Source of the DNA: Parasitella parasitica NRRL 2501
Lineage: Eukaryota > Fungi > Mucoromycota
Length of the DNA: 64,000 bases
Direction: 5' to 3'
Assembly (NCBI GenBank): GCA_025201805.1
Contig: MU619252.1
Span: 62,001 to 126,000 of the forward strand
Each line of letters opens with the position of its first letter. The first letter of the stretch is position 1. Positions 1 to 11,977 of the stretch are shown piece by piece. The notes under the pieces were generated by a model, which saw only the letters and a program-made list of their open reading frames with translations, ran no database searches and was not told the origin of the DNA. Position numbers and translations under genes: made by a program.

Positions 1-11
1 TTTAGCAAAAT

Positions 12-842
12 TTAGTAGTTCACATTGCTTGGCATTCTGTAATGCTGGTAAGGGCCAGGCATGAATCCCAACGAGTTTCCTTGCATTATAGGCGATGAGA
101 TACTTTTGGCAAACAGTCTATGTTGCTCCAAAGTCTGTTGCGCTCGCTTTTGTCTGCGTTTACGGTATATATGAACGCCAATGACGGTTGCAGCAGCGTA
201 AACACAGACGCTAACGCCAACACAGATCCCAATTATGCCTCCCTTTGGTAGTCCTCCTTGGCTATCGTTTGCATTACCCTTACTTGATTGCTCAGCGTGA
301 TCAGTATCGCCATTAGGATCTGCTAAAGCACCTGGTCCGCCTCCAGAGTTGATAATGGCTTTAGCAGTAATAGGGTAACTACGGTCAATATATGTGGGCA
401 GTTGGCCATTTTTGCTGTCATATAAAGGGCTGCTAGAATTGGTGATAAGCGCCTGCAATTCGTTCACTTCGGTCTTTGGAATGGCAACAGAAACCATGAC
501 ACCGTTGTTGTCATTGTTGTTGTTGTCGTTGTTGCTAGCATCAGAGCGTTTCTTGTTAACGGTTGCAGCTGATTTCTGAATAGACACAACAATAACATTA
601 TCAGCGCTGGTATCCAGTGCATCGCCCAGCATCAAAGGTATCTCTTGGACCATCTGCGCTGTCAAAAGTGCATCTGATACTAATTTAGCGTATGAAATGC
701 TATTAAACTTGATGAATGTCACTTGGCTCGAATCTATTGATTGTGTGTGGTATTGATGTTTTTCCTGCGCTGACTGGTTTTCTTTTACTTGAGCAAGACG
801 AACAAGCGTAATGATAAAAAAAAAAAAAAAACAAAAATAATA

Positions 843-887
<45 letters not shown>

Positions 888-3018
888 TTAGGCGGATGGC
901 TACAGATAAACAATGCATTTAAATTTACCTGGGATGATAGCATTCAAATTGGGCGTAATGTACTGTGGCAGATTATTTTCAGTGCTAGAGGAAAAAGGAT
1001 CGTCGGCTGTAGCAGTTGTGCTTGAGGTAGCTGTACTGGATTCGGATTTACTGGATGTAGCTGAGCTGGATTCAAGTGTACTGGATGTAATTGTGCTGGA
1101 TTCTGATGTACTGGATGTAGTTGTGCTGGACTCAGATGTACTGGATGCAATTGTGCTAGAATTAGTCGTGCTAGACGTGGCTGTACTAGACGCAGTTGAA
1201 CCAGATTCGGTGGTAGTAGTATCTTCTTCATCTTTAGCCTGCGAACTAGATGCAGATGTTGTGTCATCATCAGTCAAAAAAGAAGCCGTTTGTGTAGAAG
1301 CTGTTGTCAGTGTAGGCTCTTCTTGGGTGGATGTAACTGTATTTGTAGTTATGTTTGTAGCCGTAATGGTGCCTGTTGTAGTTTTAGTAGTAGTTGTGGT
1401 GGGGGTATTTGTTGTGGTTGTTGTGGTCGTTGCAGTAGTTGTAGTAGTTGTAGTAGTTGAGCTGTAATACATAAAAGGTTCTGAAAGCCAAGCTAATGTC
1501 TCGTACCTGTAAGTCGATTTAGGTATGTCGCTTACTGCATCATCACTATAAATCTCTGTGGCTGTAGTCTGAGTAGGCTCAGTCGTAGTTGTCGCGCTAG
1601 TCGTGATAGTTGTGGTGGGAGCAGCAGAAGTAGTGGAAGTGGAAGAGATAGTATGGTCTTTTGTAATTGATGACAATCGTGTATGTTTAGTCGAGGCATT
1701 ATCCGTTGGAACGGGTGTTCCAATCTTGATGGTTAATGATTCAATGGTCATCGCTGTTCTTTCATTATCCGTTGAAACAATAGAGCTATGTTGTAGAGAG
1801 ATCGATTTTTGTCTATTTGATTCAGAATGATATCCTGTTGGTGTTGGTGCTGTAATCATCAATGTGTGCTTGGCAGAAGCAAACATATCCACGCTGGTAG
1901 TACTTGCAGTATTTGGTAATGAAATCTCGCTAGATGTTGGTTCAGCAAGCGTTTCATCAAAAGTTTTGCTGCTAGTTGAATGAGTTGGTAGAAGTCTATT
2001 GATGATAGTTTCAAGAACAGAAACGAGGTCAGTAGATGACGATATTTTGCTTGTTGAAGATGATTTAGTGTTCGATCCTGGATGAGTTGCTGACATCCTT
2101 AAAGAAGTATCAACATTGTGAGTACTTTCTGATTTACTGAGAGCTTTGGAAGCGGTAGAATGTGTGTGTGTTAAAGTACCTGGATCAGATACGTTTAGTT
2201 TAATGATGTCTTTGGATCATTATATCAATCATAACTGCTTACCGCTGGAACTGGAGCTCGTAGGAAGCATGACTCTATGAACACTACCGGTAGATGTCTT
2301 TGTTGAGCTATGATGAGTGGCAATCGGCCTGGGTGATTCAGGAGAAGTCTTTCCATGAATTGATTTAAGAGAATGACTTATTTCAGCAGATATCGTGGAG
2401 TGAACAGTTGAGGCGGCTCTGGCTGATGTTTCTAAAGATATAAAAAAAGTTTAAATACGTACAGAAGTATATAAAGCATCTCTCGGCTGTGTACATACCT
2501 AAATCTGATGCTGATGAGTGATTGTTCTTTACGGTAGTAATAGTTTGCTTCGCTCCTCCGTGTGATGTAGTTTTCGTAGTATGATCGTCTTGCTTGGTAT
2601 CGGAAGAGACGGGTGTTGTTACACTTGATTTTGTAGAATTTTGATCATGCCCATTTTTGACAGATTCAGTTTTCTGAGCATTCTTTTCATTAGTTGTTGT
2701 CTCCTTATCGTTATTCGTTCCAGTTTCAGCTTCTTCGTTTTCTTTTGATGATAAAATGTCCAATGTAACGCCTCGTTTCTCTAACATCTGGTTTTCAAGA
2801 TTATTTATGCTGTTAAACGTAATTAAAGGAGACTGGACCAAATCATTTTCCTGCTTGATCTGCTGCTAGTTGAGGGAGTAAGTATTTTAATTAGCAAGTA
2901 GAAGAAAAGGCTCGATTAAATATTATTCAATCTTTACATTTATTGATGCAGCATATGTTATTGCGATAAAGAAAAATAAAAATACAGAGACCAGCATCTT
3001 GCTGTTGAGCTGTGACAT
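12..3018 (-). CDS. MSB2: Msb2/Hkr1-type signalling mucin (multi-exon, single-pass membrane protein)
   Basis: Signal peptide MSQLNSKMLVSVFLFFFIAITYA (alternative in-frame ATGs at 3033 and 2997). Long Ser/Thr-rich ectodomain (ORFs 2383-2841 and 900-2096), then a globular juxtamembrane domain, TM helix GGIIGICVGVSVCVYAAATVIGVHIY followed by RKRR, and tail motif ISSPIMQGNSLGF resembling the conserved Msb2 C-terminal ISxPxxxxNSLGW. About 4 GT-AG introns. Confidence 0.75.
1021..1200 (-). repeat. 30-bp coding minisatellite, about 6 degenerate copies encoding 10-aa S/T/E units (e.g. SSTSESSTTT)
   Basis: Unit ctggatgtag(c/t)tg(a/t)gctgga(t/c)tc.gatgta recurs at 1051, 1081, 1111 and 1141, with decayed copies on either side. 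Confidence 0.85.
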
Positions 3019-3652
3019 TACTATTTTTTGCATTTATGAACGCATTCAAAGGAAAAGGTTTCTTAAAGGAGTGGAGGTATAAAAAATAAAGATAAACAAA
3101 AATAAAAGTAAAATGAAGGGAAAGAAAAAGAAAAAGAGAAGAGGATTATATAATATCCAGATCTATTATGTATTATATTAAGCAAATGAAGGCATGTAAT
3201 TGAGTTAATGACAGTTTAAAAGCAAATGTGTGTTACCTCGAAAATAAATCACTAAACAAAGAAATACATGTATATTATGTTTACATATGTATTCGCTTTT
3301 CTTTATTGATAAGCACGTTTTCTTTAAATGGAGCTTTGATTGTAAGTCTTGCACATATACTTGCATTCATTAATTAAGATTAAATTTTTATCTTTTATTA
3401 CATGATTTTGAAGGTTAAAAAGGTAACAGAGAATATTCTTAAATATAAAGTTACAAGCCCTGTCAAACTGGTTGCCTAGTTATAGTTACCAAAGTAGATC
3501 AAGAAACAAGCAGTTGCTATGGGAAACAGGATCAATGGACAAAGTGCATCAGTATGTGACGTTTTCGCGTTAATTGATGAGATTCATCATGAAATACCCA
3601 ACAAAGGTATATACCTTTTTTCCCTGCTGCTTTATTTTGGCCTCTTTTACGT

Positions 3653-4381
3653 ATGACAATAGATCAAGAGGAAAGCTCGTATGATTATGTATTCAAACTA
3701 ATTGTGGTTGGGGATTCTGGTGTTGGCAAAACCAATCTGCTCGGTAGATTTGCCCATGATACTTTTGATTTTGCTTCGAAAAGCACAATTGGATTAGATT
3801 TGACGGTTAAAAATATGGATATCAAAGGTAAACGAGTGCGCGCGCAAATTTGGGATACAGCTGGACAAGAACGATATCGATCCATTACCAAAAGGTTGGT
3901 TAGAGGGGATATCTTTGAGACAAAAAAAAGGCGCGTTTGGGAATTCATATGTTTGTACTATAGATACTATCGAGGTGCTGTAGGTGCTCTCCTTGTTTAC
4001 GATATCACAAAACGAGAATCTTTCGAAAGTCTAGGTCGATGGTTGAACGAGCTGAAGATCAATGAGGCTCATCCAGACAGTATGGTTATGCTTGTAGGCA
4101 ACAAATCTGATTTGGAACCTCAAAGGGAAGTGAGTCAGGAAGAAGCATTGAATTACTCAAAAATTAACGGGATCATGTTCATGGAAACAAGTGCACTGGA
4201 AAGCACTAATGTGCAGAAAGCGTTTGAATCATTGATCCATACCATTTTTGATAAATTGTCTGGGAAACTGGCTACAATGGACGACAAAAAAGCAAAGATT
4301 ATGAGAGGACAAGCCATTCAAATCAGTGCACCTCTCAATAGTGAAACTAAAAATAAGCACAATAATAGTTGTGCATGCTAA
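3653..4381 (+). CDS. Rab11/Ypt31-family small GTPase, divergent; one intron 3895-3963
   Basis: GDSGVGKT, WDTAGQERY, YYRGAVGALLVYDIT, GNKSD, ETSA and a C-terminal CAC prenylation motif. The 69-nt GT-AG intron is in frame, so the ORF track reads through it. Confidence 0.92.
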   Translation: MTIDQEESSYDYVFKLIVVGDSGVGKTNLLGRFAHDTFDFASKSTIGLDLTVKNMDIKGKRVRAQIWDTAGQERYRSITKRLVRGDIFETKKRRVWEFICLYYRYYRGAVGALLVYDITKRESFESLGRWLNELKINEAHPDSMVMLVGNKSDLEPQREVSQEEALNYSKINGIMFMETSALESTNVQKAFESLIHTIFDKLSGKLATMDDKKAKIMRGQAIQISAPLNSETKNKHNNSCAC

Positions 4382-6552
4382 ATACCCCCCCCCCCTTCTG
4401 TCTCCTTCCCTCCACAATTCCTTGACTCGGTTTATATACATATATATCCAATTCATTGTCTTGTTAAATAACCTTTCATACTACTTTATACAGTCGCATT
4501 GCGTGTTTACTTTGATCAATGCATCAAATATATATATTGCAGATAGTGTACATTTACTCACTTTCTCAAGCAAAGAATTTGTTGGCTTATAAGGTATTTA
4601 ATGTATAATCTTCAATTTATGAGCCTCCTCTTTTTTGTTAATCAATGCATTGGTTATAGTCATGAGATGCTTTTTCTGATCACACGCCTTTTCCTTATAA
4701 AATAACATCAGATTACCCATAGCAACCTTCTTAATAAACAGATTACACGAAAACAATGTCGACTGTAGGATATATTAAGGATTCCAGATTTGCAAGAGCG
4801 ATCAAAGTATTGACATTGAGTAGTTCGTTATGAAAGTCTTGAAGCAAAGAAGTTCAAGAGACGTTAAATTAACGGATCTAGAACATCATACTTTGATAGC
4901 CTTCACCTCCTTTCGCCACTGGGAACAATAACTTTTGAAACACAATAATCAATGAATTTCTTCTCCTGAATATTGGTACCCTCATTTAATTTGGCGGGTG
5001 TTCTAAGGTTCCTAAATCAATTGCTCCTAAACCAATGCCTGTGCGGATTTAATTATTCTGCCGAATCCGAATGAAAACACACCCGACTATGTAAAATCGA
5101 CTATTTAATATAATTTCAAGTGCTTGAAATAATCGTGGCCACCCTTGCTACACTAGGTGTTACAAGTTTCTTTCATTTGGTGACTTTTCAAATTCGTACA
5201 GTACTTTGATCACATACGGCCTTTTTATGGTTTCTGAAAAAAAAGTTTAAGTAAATGATAAATGTCACGGTGTTTGTGATAATATATATTAGGATTTCTT
5301 TTATTTCTGATGAAAGCTGAGAAAAGAGAAATGTCTACCTAAGAATATTTGAGGTAGGAACAAGAAGCATTAGATACAATTGCATTTTTAGATAATGATT
5401 TACAAAATTCCGACGCTCTAGTTATTTTATGTTTGATCAAACAGCCATTGTGCAGGAGCAATAGGTATTTTTAAATGAATGACCATTTGGGTTTTTTATT
5501 ATTCCATTTTCCAATGCAATGAAAATTATTTATCAACACTACCGACATCCATGTACTTCAGATACCTGAAACTGAACAATCACCAACGAGCCACAATAAA
5601 AATTGTTTGAATCTCATAATTGGTGAATTATTCCTAGATATGAGGCATCTGAGTAAGCTCAAATATTTAGGCAAATATATAGAACCGCATAGTATTTAAA
5701 CAAAAAAAAATGATTAAATTACAAAACCATAAAGTATGAAAGTATCAAAATATCAAATTCCAAATATTAATAAGGCATCAAGTTGTACGTATCCGTCAAA
5801 TTATGCATTTACACAATACCAGTTTATCTCTGAATCTAAGTTTAAACCAACCATTTTATTCTGTTTTCTCCTTTAATTGTATGTGTTTTCAAAAATCATA
5901 GTATATTCAAGCAAATGACAATCTCCATTTTTATAACTTTACATTATTACATCTGTTGAGTTAATTCAGCATAACCCAGATCAAAGAAAGAGCATACATT
6001 CGGGACCCGTTATAACAGATGGGTTAGTGTACAAAAATGTGTTTGGTAGCGAGTTATCCCATATTCAGAATTTGATACTCTACAGTACAGTGCCTGGAAC
6101 CTGGGATCTGCCAGAAGCTTATTATGAAGCTTAACTTTTGTTAGCAAAACTACCCTCAACCTCTATTTTACTTTCTGTTTTACATGTTTAGCATTAAAAT
6201 TAAAGAAAAAAAAGAACGCTTGAACTGACATTAAGCATTATTATAAGCAACAATGGTAATAGGGTTTCTCTGTCACTAACAATTAGCAAATTACGAACTA
6301 TTCAGAAATAACAAGGGGTTATTACAGCAAAACATTGTATTCATTAATTATCCTCCTCTGCTTCCAACCAAATGAGTCACACCTGGTTTATCATTTTACA
6401 AATGAAGAAAGATATACTTGTGGCATCAAAAATACCTACTTTATAGAGCTGTGTTATGTACTAGAATTGACGTTGGCGTTATATAATCTCCAGATAGATA
6501 ATTTTTACAGCTTAAAAGCAAGAACTTTATCTTCATGTGTCATTTTTGATTG

Positions 6553-7647
6553 ATTTTCATAATCAAAAGTGCCTTGAAAACACCAGAAATAGTATGCATT
6601 GGGAAAAAACCATATTATATATGATTTTGGTGCAATTTGAGCATGATTTTTTTTCGATGCAAAATGACGGATTTTCTCAATTTTTTCCTTGTATCCACAC
6701 ATCCAAAATCGTTGATTATGCATTATCCTCGATTTTGACCTTAAAAACGCAATTTTTTACTACAGTATATATTAGAGGAAAATGATCGTAAAAGGCCATT
6801 CTTTGATCTGAAGGACTGGAAATGCGCTTTAATTAAGCAAAATATTGACTTTTCCCTCTTGATCTGTTTTGAGGTTTTCTCAACATAATTCCTTCCATAA
6901 GCATACGAGAATTATGAAATAACACCATTGTGTAGAGCGTCCAAAAATACAGCTATTATCATAGACTGACAGCCGTGGTATGCATAGTATCAAAGGATGA
7001 TATCTTGCCCTAAAGAAGTAATTTTGTTTTCTAACTGTACAAATGGAGTTTCTGAAAGAATTTTTCCTTCCTGATTTTGGATGCATTTAATCTCCGCTAT
7101 CAAAGAAAAATGGTGTTTTTTAACGAAAGCATTAGCTTTGAGAAGCCACAGCTTACCCAATTCAAGAGAAAAACAATTTTGACCTAGTTTATTTAAATGG
7201 TGTGTTTTTTGGCTCCCTAATAGTAGTACTTGCATGTCTTTACCTGGCCTGACGATCTCACGCTCCGATTTTTGAATATACTTTTCCGAAAAACGGCAAA
7301 AAAGTCGCTACCTTCATATGATGTCAACTTAAAAAGTACAAAAACTTGCTCTAAGCTATGCAATTATGTAATTAAAATGTGACTTACAGTCTAATGCATT
7401 ACCTTGAATCACTTTTTATTGTGTTTGAGATCGCTAAAGATTGTTTTCTTACAGTTTTCGTCTTTTTTCTGACAGTAACACATTGGAAGTTCGCGTAGAC
7501 CAAAAATGAAACAGGCACCGAAAATCTACGCTGCATTTACAAAGGCACACACTTTTAAACCATCCCAATATTATGGCAAAGGTGGCACAGATTTGACTAA
7601 CTGTTCTACTATGCAACAGGATATACAGAACCCAGCTTGGTACTTGT
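6553..7647. repeat. Interspersed repeat segment A, copy 1 (non-coding, about 1.1 kb)
   Basis: Co-linear, high-identity match to 43521-44612, from attttcataatcaaaagtg to cagaacccagctt(g/c)gtacttgt. Confidence 0.92.
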
Positions 7648-7842
7648 TGTTGTGCCAGTGTCAAAGGGCGCAGCGTAATGTTATGTAAATGTTGTTTGTA
7701 AAAAGTAATAAAGACTTTTTCTGAATAAAGCCAGATACAAAACTGAAGACTTTTATTGGTATAAGATATGATCTCTCTTTACACTAAAATATATCCCATC
7801 AATGTTTATCCACATAATATCTGATGTTTGACAAGAAGTGTC
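7648..7842. repeat. Interspersed repeat segment B, copy 1, directly abutting segment A
   Basis: Matches 41784-41988, from tgttgtgccagtgtcaaa to ctgatgtttgacaagaa. Confidence 0.9.
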
Positions 7843-9298
7843 AAATTATTAAATCACAGCATTTTCAGGGCAAATTTATTCTTTTATTTTACATTATAGA
7901 GAAAGTGTGAGGAAGATACTTTGTCAATTTTTTCCCTGTAGCCTCTGGTGAAAGAATTCATTTTACTAAAAGTTGTACATCATTAACCCTTATTTGGACC
8001 GAAACCCCCGTCTCCATCTCATACAAGCAAGGCCACTACTTTAACGTTCCCGGCTTTTGTTATCATTATGCTCAGCACAGTTATCCTGATTGCTGGTATT
8101 CGCAATTTACAGCAGCTTTGTAGTATTCGTTTAATTATAAAAGGGCCTTGGGAAGTATTTGAGACTTGATATGGTTTATAAGTATATGAATACAGAGACA
8201 AGATATTCTAATCTGGTTTAAATATGTTCAACTATTTATACTTTACTACTTATTGTATGTTCATTTACAGATATGTCACTTCGTAGCACGGTTTTAATAT
8301 TGAATTTAGTGATCGTTGTTGTATAAATCATTTCGTAAGTGGAAGGAGAGTTCAACTTATATGTTTCTTTTTTTAAGTGGTGCCATGTTTTACAGCCGTA
8401 ACCTAATAAATGAGATAAGATGCTAAGTCCTTAATCACCACAGCACTGAGTTCTATATGTCAGATTGTGATTTTAAGCTGATTATTAATGTGAATACAAC
8501 ATACCTATGATATTATTTACATTTGGCAAATGTGCTACACCCTGGCCCCTTATCTTCTAGGCTATTTGCTACCTTGGCCACCTCAGTCATGAAAGATGAG
8601 GGGAAACACTCATTTGGGAAAAACCATCGTTGAAAAAAAGGTTAAATCATTTACCTAGAACACCAAGGCCAACTTAATTTTTCTGCATATACTCATCTCA
8701 ATATTTTTTAATATGCTCGAAACTGAATGAAATTACAAGATTTGAACAAATGGTTAAGATGTGAGATGCTTTTATGGACTGTGTGGATTAAGCCCCTTTT
8801 GAATTAAGCATTCTTTTGCAACGTTTTTAAAACGGAAAAAAAACAAAAAGGGTGTGAGCACCATGTGCCAGTCTATCTGATATTGTTTTTAAAAAGATAT
8901 TCAAAGAACTTGTTGTTTGTTTTGTATCTGTCTTCGACTATTATTAATTAGTAATATCGGTTTTATCAGATTCTATTTATCTGAAAACTAAGTATTCACA
9001 TTGTGGTCTAATCCATTTATATTTTAAAATGGGAGTATGCTTAAACCAAAGCGAGTTTTAATTCATACAGAATTAACAAAAACTGCTGCGTTTACTTTGT
9101 AAACAATGCTAGCCACAATTTATGGTGATTTAACTAGCACAAATTTAGGCGTAAACTCATCACCCATTGACAAAATCGGTACGAAAAAATAGACCTGCAT
9201 AGGCAGATTGTAAATGTACTAATGAAAAGCCCAAAATATGCTTGTTGTTATTTTTGGTTGCTAATAGTAACATATAATGATTCAACATGTAACTCAAT

Positions 9299-10797
9299 TC
9301 AAAGCTCCTTTTTCGATGGAGTTTTTGTGGCATATTTACAGACAGTCTTGCCAAACTGCTGCAAGTCTGTTAAAAGCAACCCAGGTACTTCCAAGGCAGC
9401 AAAATGACCACCCTAAAAGCAAAAATTATGAGATTTACGTGAACTCAAATCACAGTAGATAAAGAAATATTACCTTTTCATAAAACTTGAATTGGACCAA
9501 ATTTGATGCCACTTCTATCCAATCTCGAGGAAACTGTCCGGCAATTATGATTAGCATACAGTAGATATTATTGTATTTACATCACATTCTACCTTGCAAA
9601 GTTCACCTTCAAAATAAGAGACAGCTACAGGAACCTTTATATACGGATTCAATAGTTTGTAGTGTTTCCTATGGTTGTTCAAAGCCTCATAGTACAAACG
9701 ACTTGATGATGACATTGTGTTAGTGATCCAGTAAATAGTAACTTGAGTCAAGAACTCGTCTACTGTAATTGTTTCTGGAAGCGCTACTTTGGAAGATAAT
9801 TCAGCTGCGGGATAATGAGTCCATGAATGATACGCATCCAACATCCAACCTAATAACCCTACTGGACTGTCGCTCAATCCAAATGCCAAGGTATACGGAC
9901 GAGTGGCTTGAATAGCGCGATATCCAGCCCGTTTATCTATTTCACAATTGGCGAATGTTGTTGTATTCAATCCTTTGGTCTCTTTTTTCCCATAAACTCT
10001 TTCAAATCCGAACACAAATGACAAAAGGAACAATAAAACCTTGAGAGGATGGAAAATCAGGTTGCTCAAGGTAGGCATGGGAGCTGTTGGCATTGGCATG
10101 GTGGTGAGGTATCCCAAGCAACTGTCAGCATTTGCCTTTACTAAAAAGGTCGCAATAGAAGCACCCCAGTCTGTGCCGTAGACCACTAAACTATAATTAG
10201 CATATACTGTTGCATGGAAAAACAAGATCATGCATTTACTGTATTTATGGTACCCGAGTTCTGTCATGAGTTTGTGAAAAGTTTCGGCCATCTTGGGAGA
10301 CCCCCAGCCCTCTTCTTTTGGCGCTTCCGAAAAGCCAAAGCCAGGTAAGCTCGGTACAACTACGTGAAATGCCTATAGAACATAAAAGTTGAACATTATA
10401 CCCTTATTCTCGGATCTATAAAACTCACCTGAGAAGAGTTTTCTCCATCACGCAATGGGTTGATTAATTTATGAAATTCATAAAAGGTCGAGGGCCAACC
10501 GTGCAACATGAGAAGAGGAATAGCATTCTCAACTTGGGATGTCTCATGAATAAAATGAATGTTGAGACCGTTGATTTTGCTCTGATAGTGCTGCCATTGA
10601 TTCAATTCCTCGCGCTTTTTCTCCCAGCTAAACTGTGTTTTCCATGTGTGCACTATATCCTTGACGGCCCAGCTAGGTGTTCCATATTTCCAACCAGAAA
10701 CTGCGTCGTTTTCAAATTCGTGAGGGTATCTTATTTTGGATAATCTGTCTTGCAAGTCTTGCTCGTCAAGAGTGGGTATAGTAAATTTCTCGATCAT
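9299..10797 (-). CDS. Epoxide hydrolase (EHN domain plus alpha/beta hydrolase), 5 exons
   Basis: HGWP oxyanion motif, VVPSLPGFGFSEAP, GTDWG nucleophile, LSDSPVGLLGW and GGHFAALEVP catalytic His. Last exon ends PSKKEL-stop at 9299. Confidence 0.92.
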
Positions 10798-11977
10798 TTG
10801 GTCGTTTTTTGAAGGAAGAAAGCTGGAAATGTTTCAACTATTACACAAGCGACCTTTTATACAGATGTGTGTTACAGGAGTCACCCTTAGTTTCATGCAT
10901 ACGAGAACGCTTCGCCTACGCATTGTCAGATCCAGGTAAGTTTACTTCAAAGTATGAACTTGCATTGCAGTATCGCCATGTTGTGTCAATAAAAGGGTGT
11001 AGTTTACGCGAAGTGAAAGTTATATCACTGACAATGACGAGAGATGTACTAAAGGCTAAAAAAGAACCTCATCATCAAAGAACAAAGCGACAGGCCAAAA
11101 TAAGCCGTTGAAAAGTCTAAATTTTCACCTAGCCCCCAAGAATGAACAAGTTTTCATTATCTTACTAACAATTGGAAACTTTTCTTTACAAAACAGAGGA
11201 TACCTTTGTAGCTATTGAGTATCTCTTCCTTGGGTTTTTTTTATAGGTTGAGAAAATACAGACATTCGGGAAGGAGAGTAACATGAAGGGACCATGTGTC
11301 CCTTTCTTATTGCGATGTCTTGACGTGTATAAAGCTTATACCCTTAAAATTAAACAATACAGAACCTTCTTCAGATGTCGTCGAACATTCCCACATACAT
11401 CAATGACTCTCCTGAGTGTTTTGTTTATACATTCAAATCAGCATGAATAATACCTACCTTATACGAAGGATGGAATTTCGGCTTTCATATGTAGTCAATT
11501 TGCTCACATGTCCGATACTTCGAAAAGATTCAGAAACAAATCTCGAAGGCCATTTTTCGGCAGTGTCGGAAATATGGGTGCATTACACACCATATATACG
11601 TCAAGGGAACAAGTGTTAATGAAATACTATATACGTCTATATTTATATGTATACTCCTAAGTGTATGTATACATTTCTAATCTATAAAATATATAATAAA
11701 CGCGGAGGCATCACACTGATGTAACAGATGTTGGAACATCTTTTTATCATTGACAGAGTGAATTAGAGGTGTACACTCCTTAAACCAGGGAGGATCAAGG
11801 TTTGCATTCAAATTTATGTATAGATGCATGGATTACGTTGAAAAAAAAAAAAAAAAAAGGCATATATATAATATATATATAGCCTATTATAAACGAAAAT
11901 TTCTCCCCTTCCCCCTCTGATCCATCTCTCTTTTTCTTTTCCTTTTTCTTTTGTCATTATTTTTTTCAATACGTTGA

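Noticed and set aside
1021-1200. Regularly spaced 30-bp repeats as a CRISPR-like array
   Set aside because: The units are contiguous with no unique spacers and encode the mucin repeat in a eukaryotic gene.
913-1467. Long antisense ORFs (913-1467, 30441-30728, 53125-53505 and similar)
   Set aside because: Shadows of Ser/Thr-rich or otherwise biased coding sequence on the opposite strand.
3895-3963. Several stop-free introns of length 3n (Rab 69 nt, epoxide hydrolase 54, AP-3 delta 57, phosphatase 66, Nup84 60 and 60) as regulated intron retention
   Set aside because: About six among several dozen short introns is roughly what chance would give, and the insertions fall inside folded domains.
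6505-7688. Short ORFs inside repeat A as an encoded transposase
   Set aside because: No recognisable motifs, and the second copy carries indels that break the frames.
7983-7995. TTAACCCTT resembling a piggyBac left end
   Set aside because: No matching AAGGGTTAA right end or transposase remnant was found.
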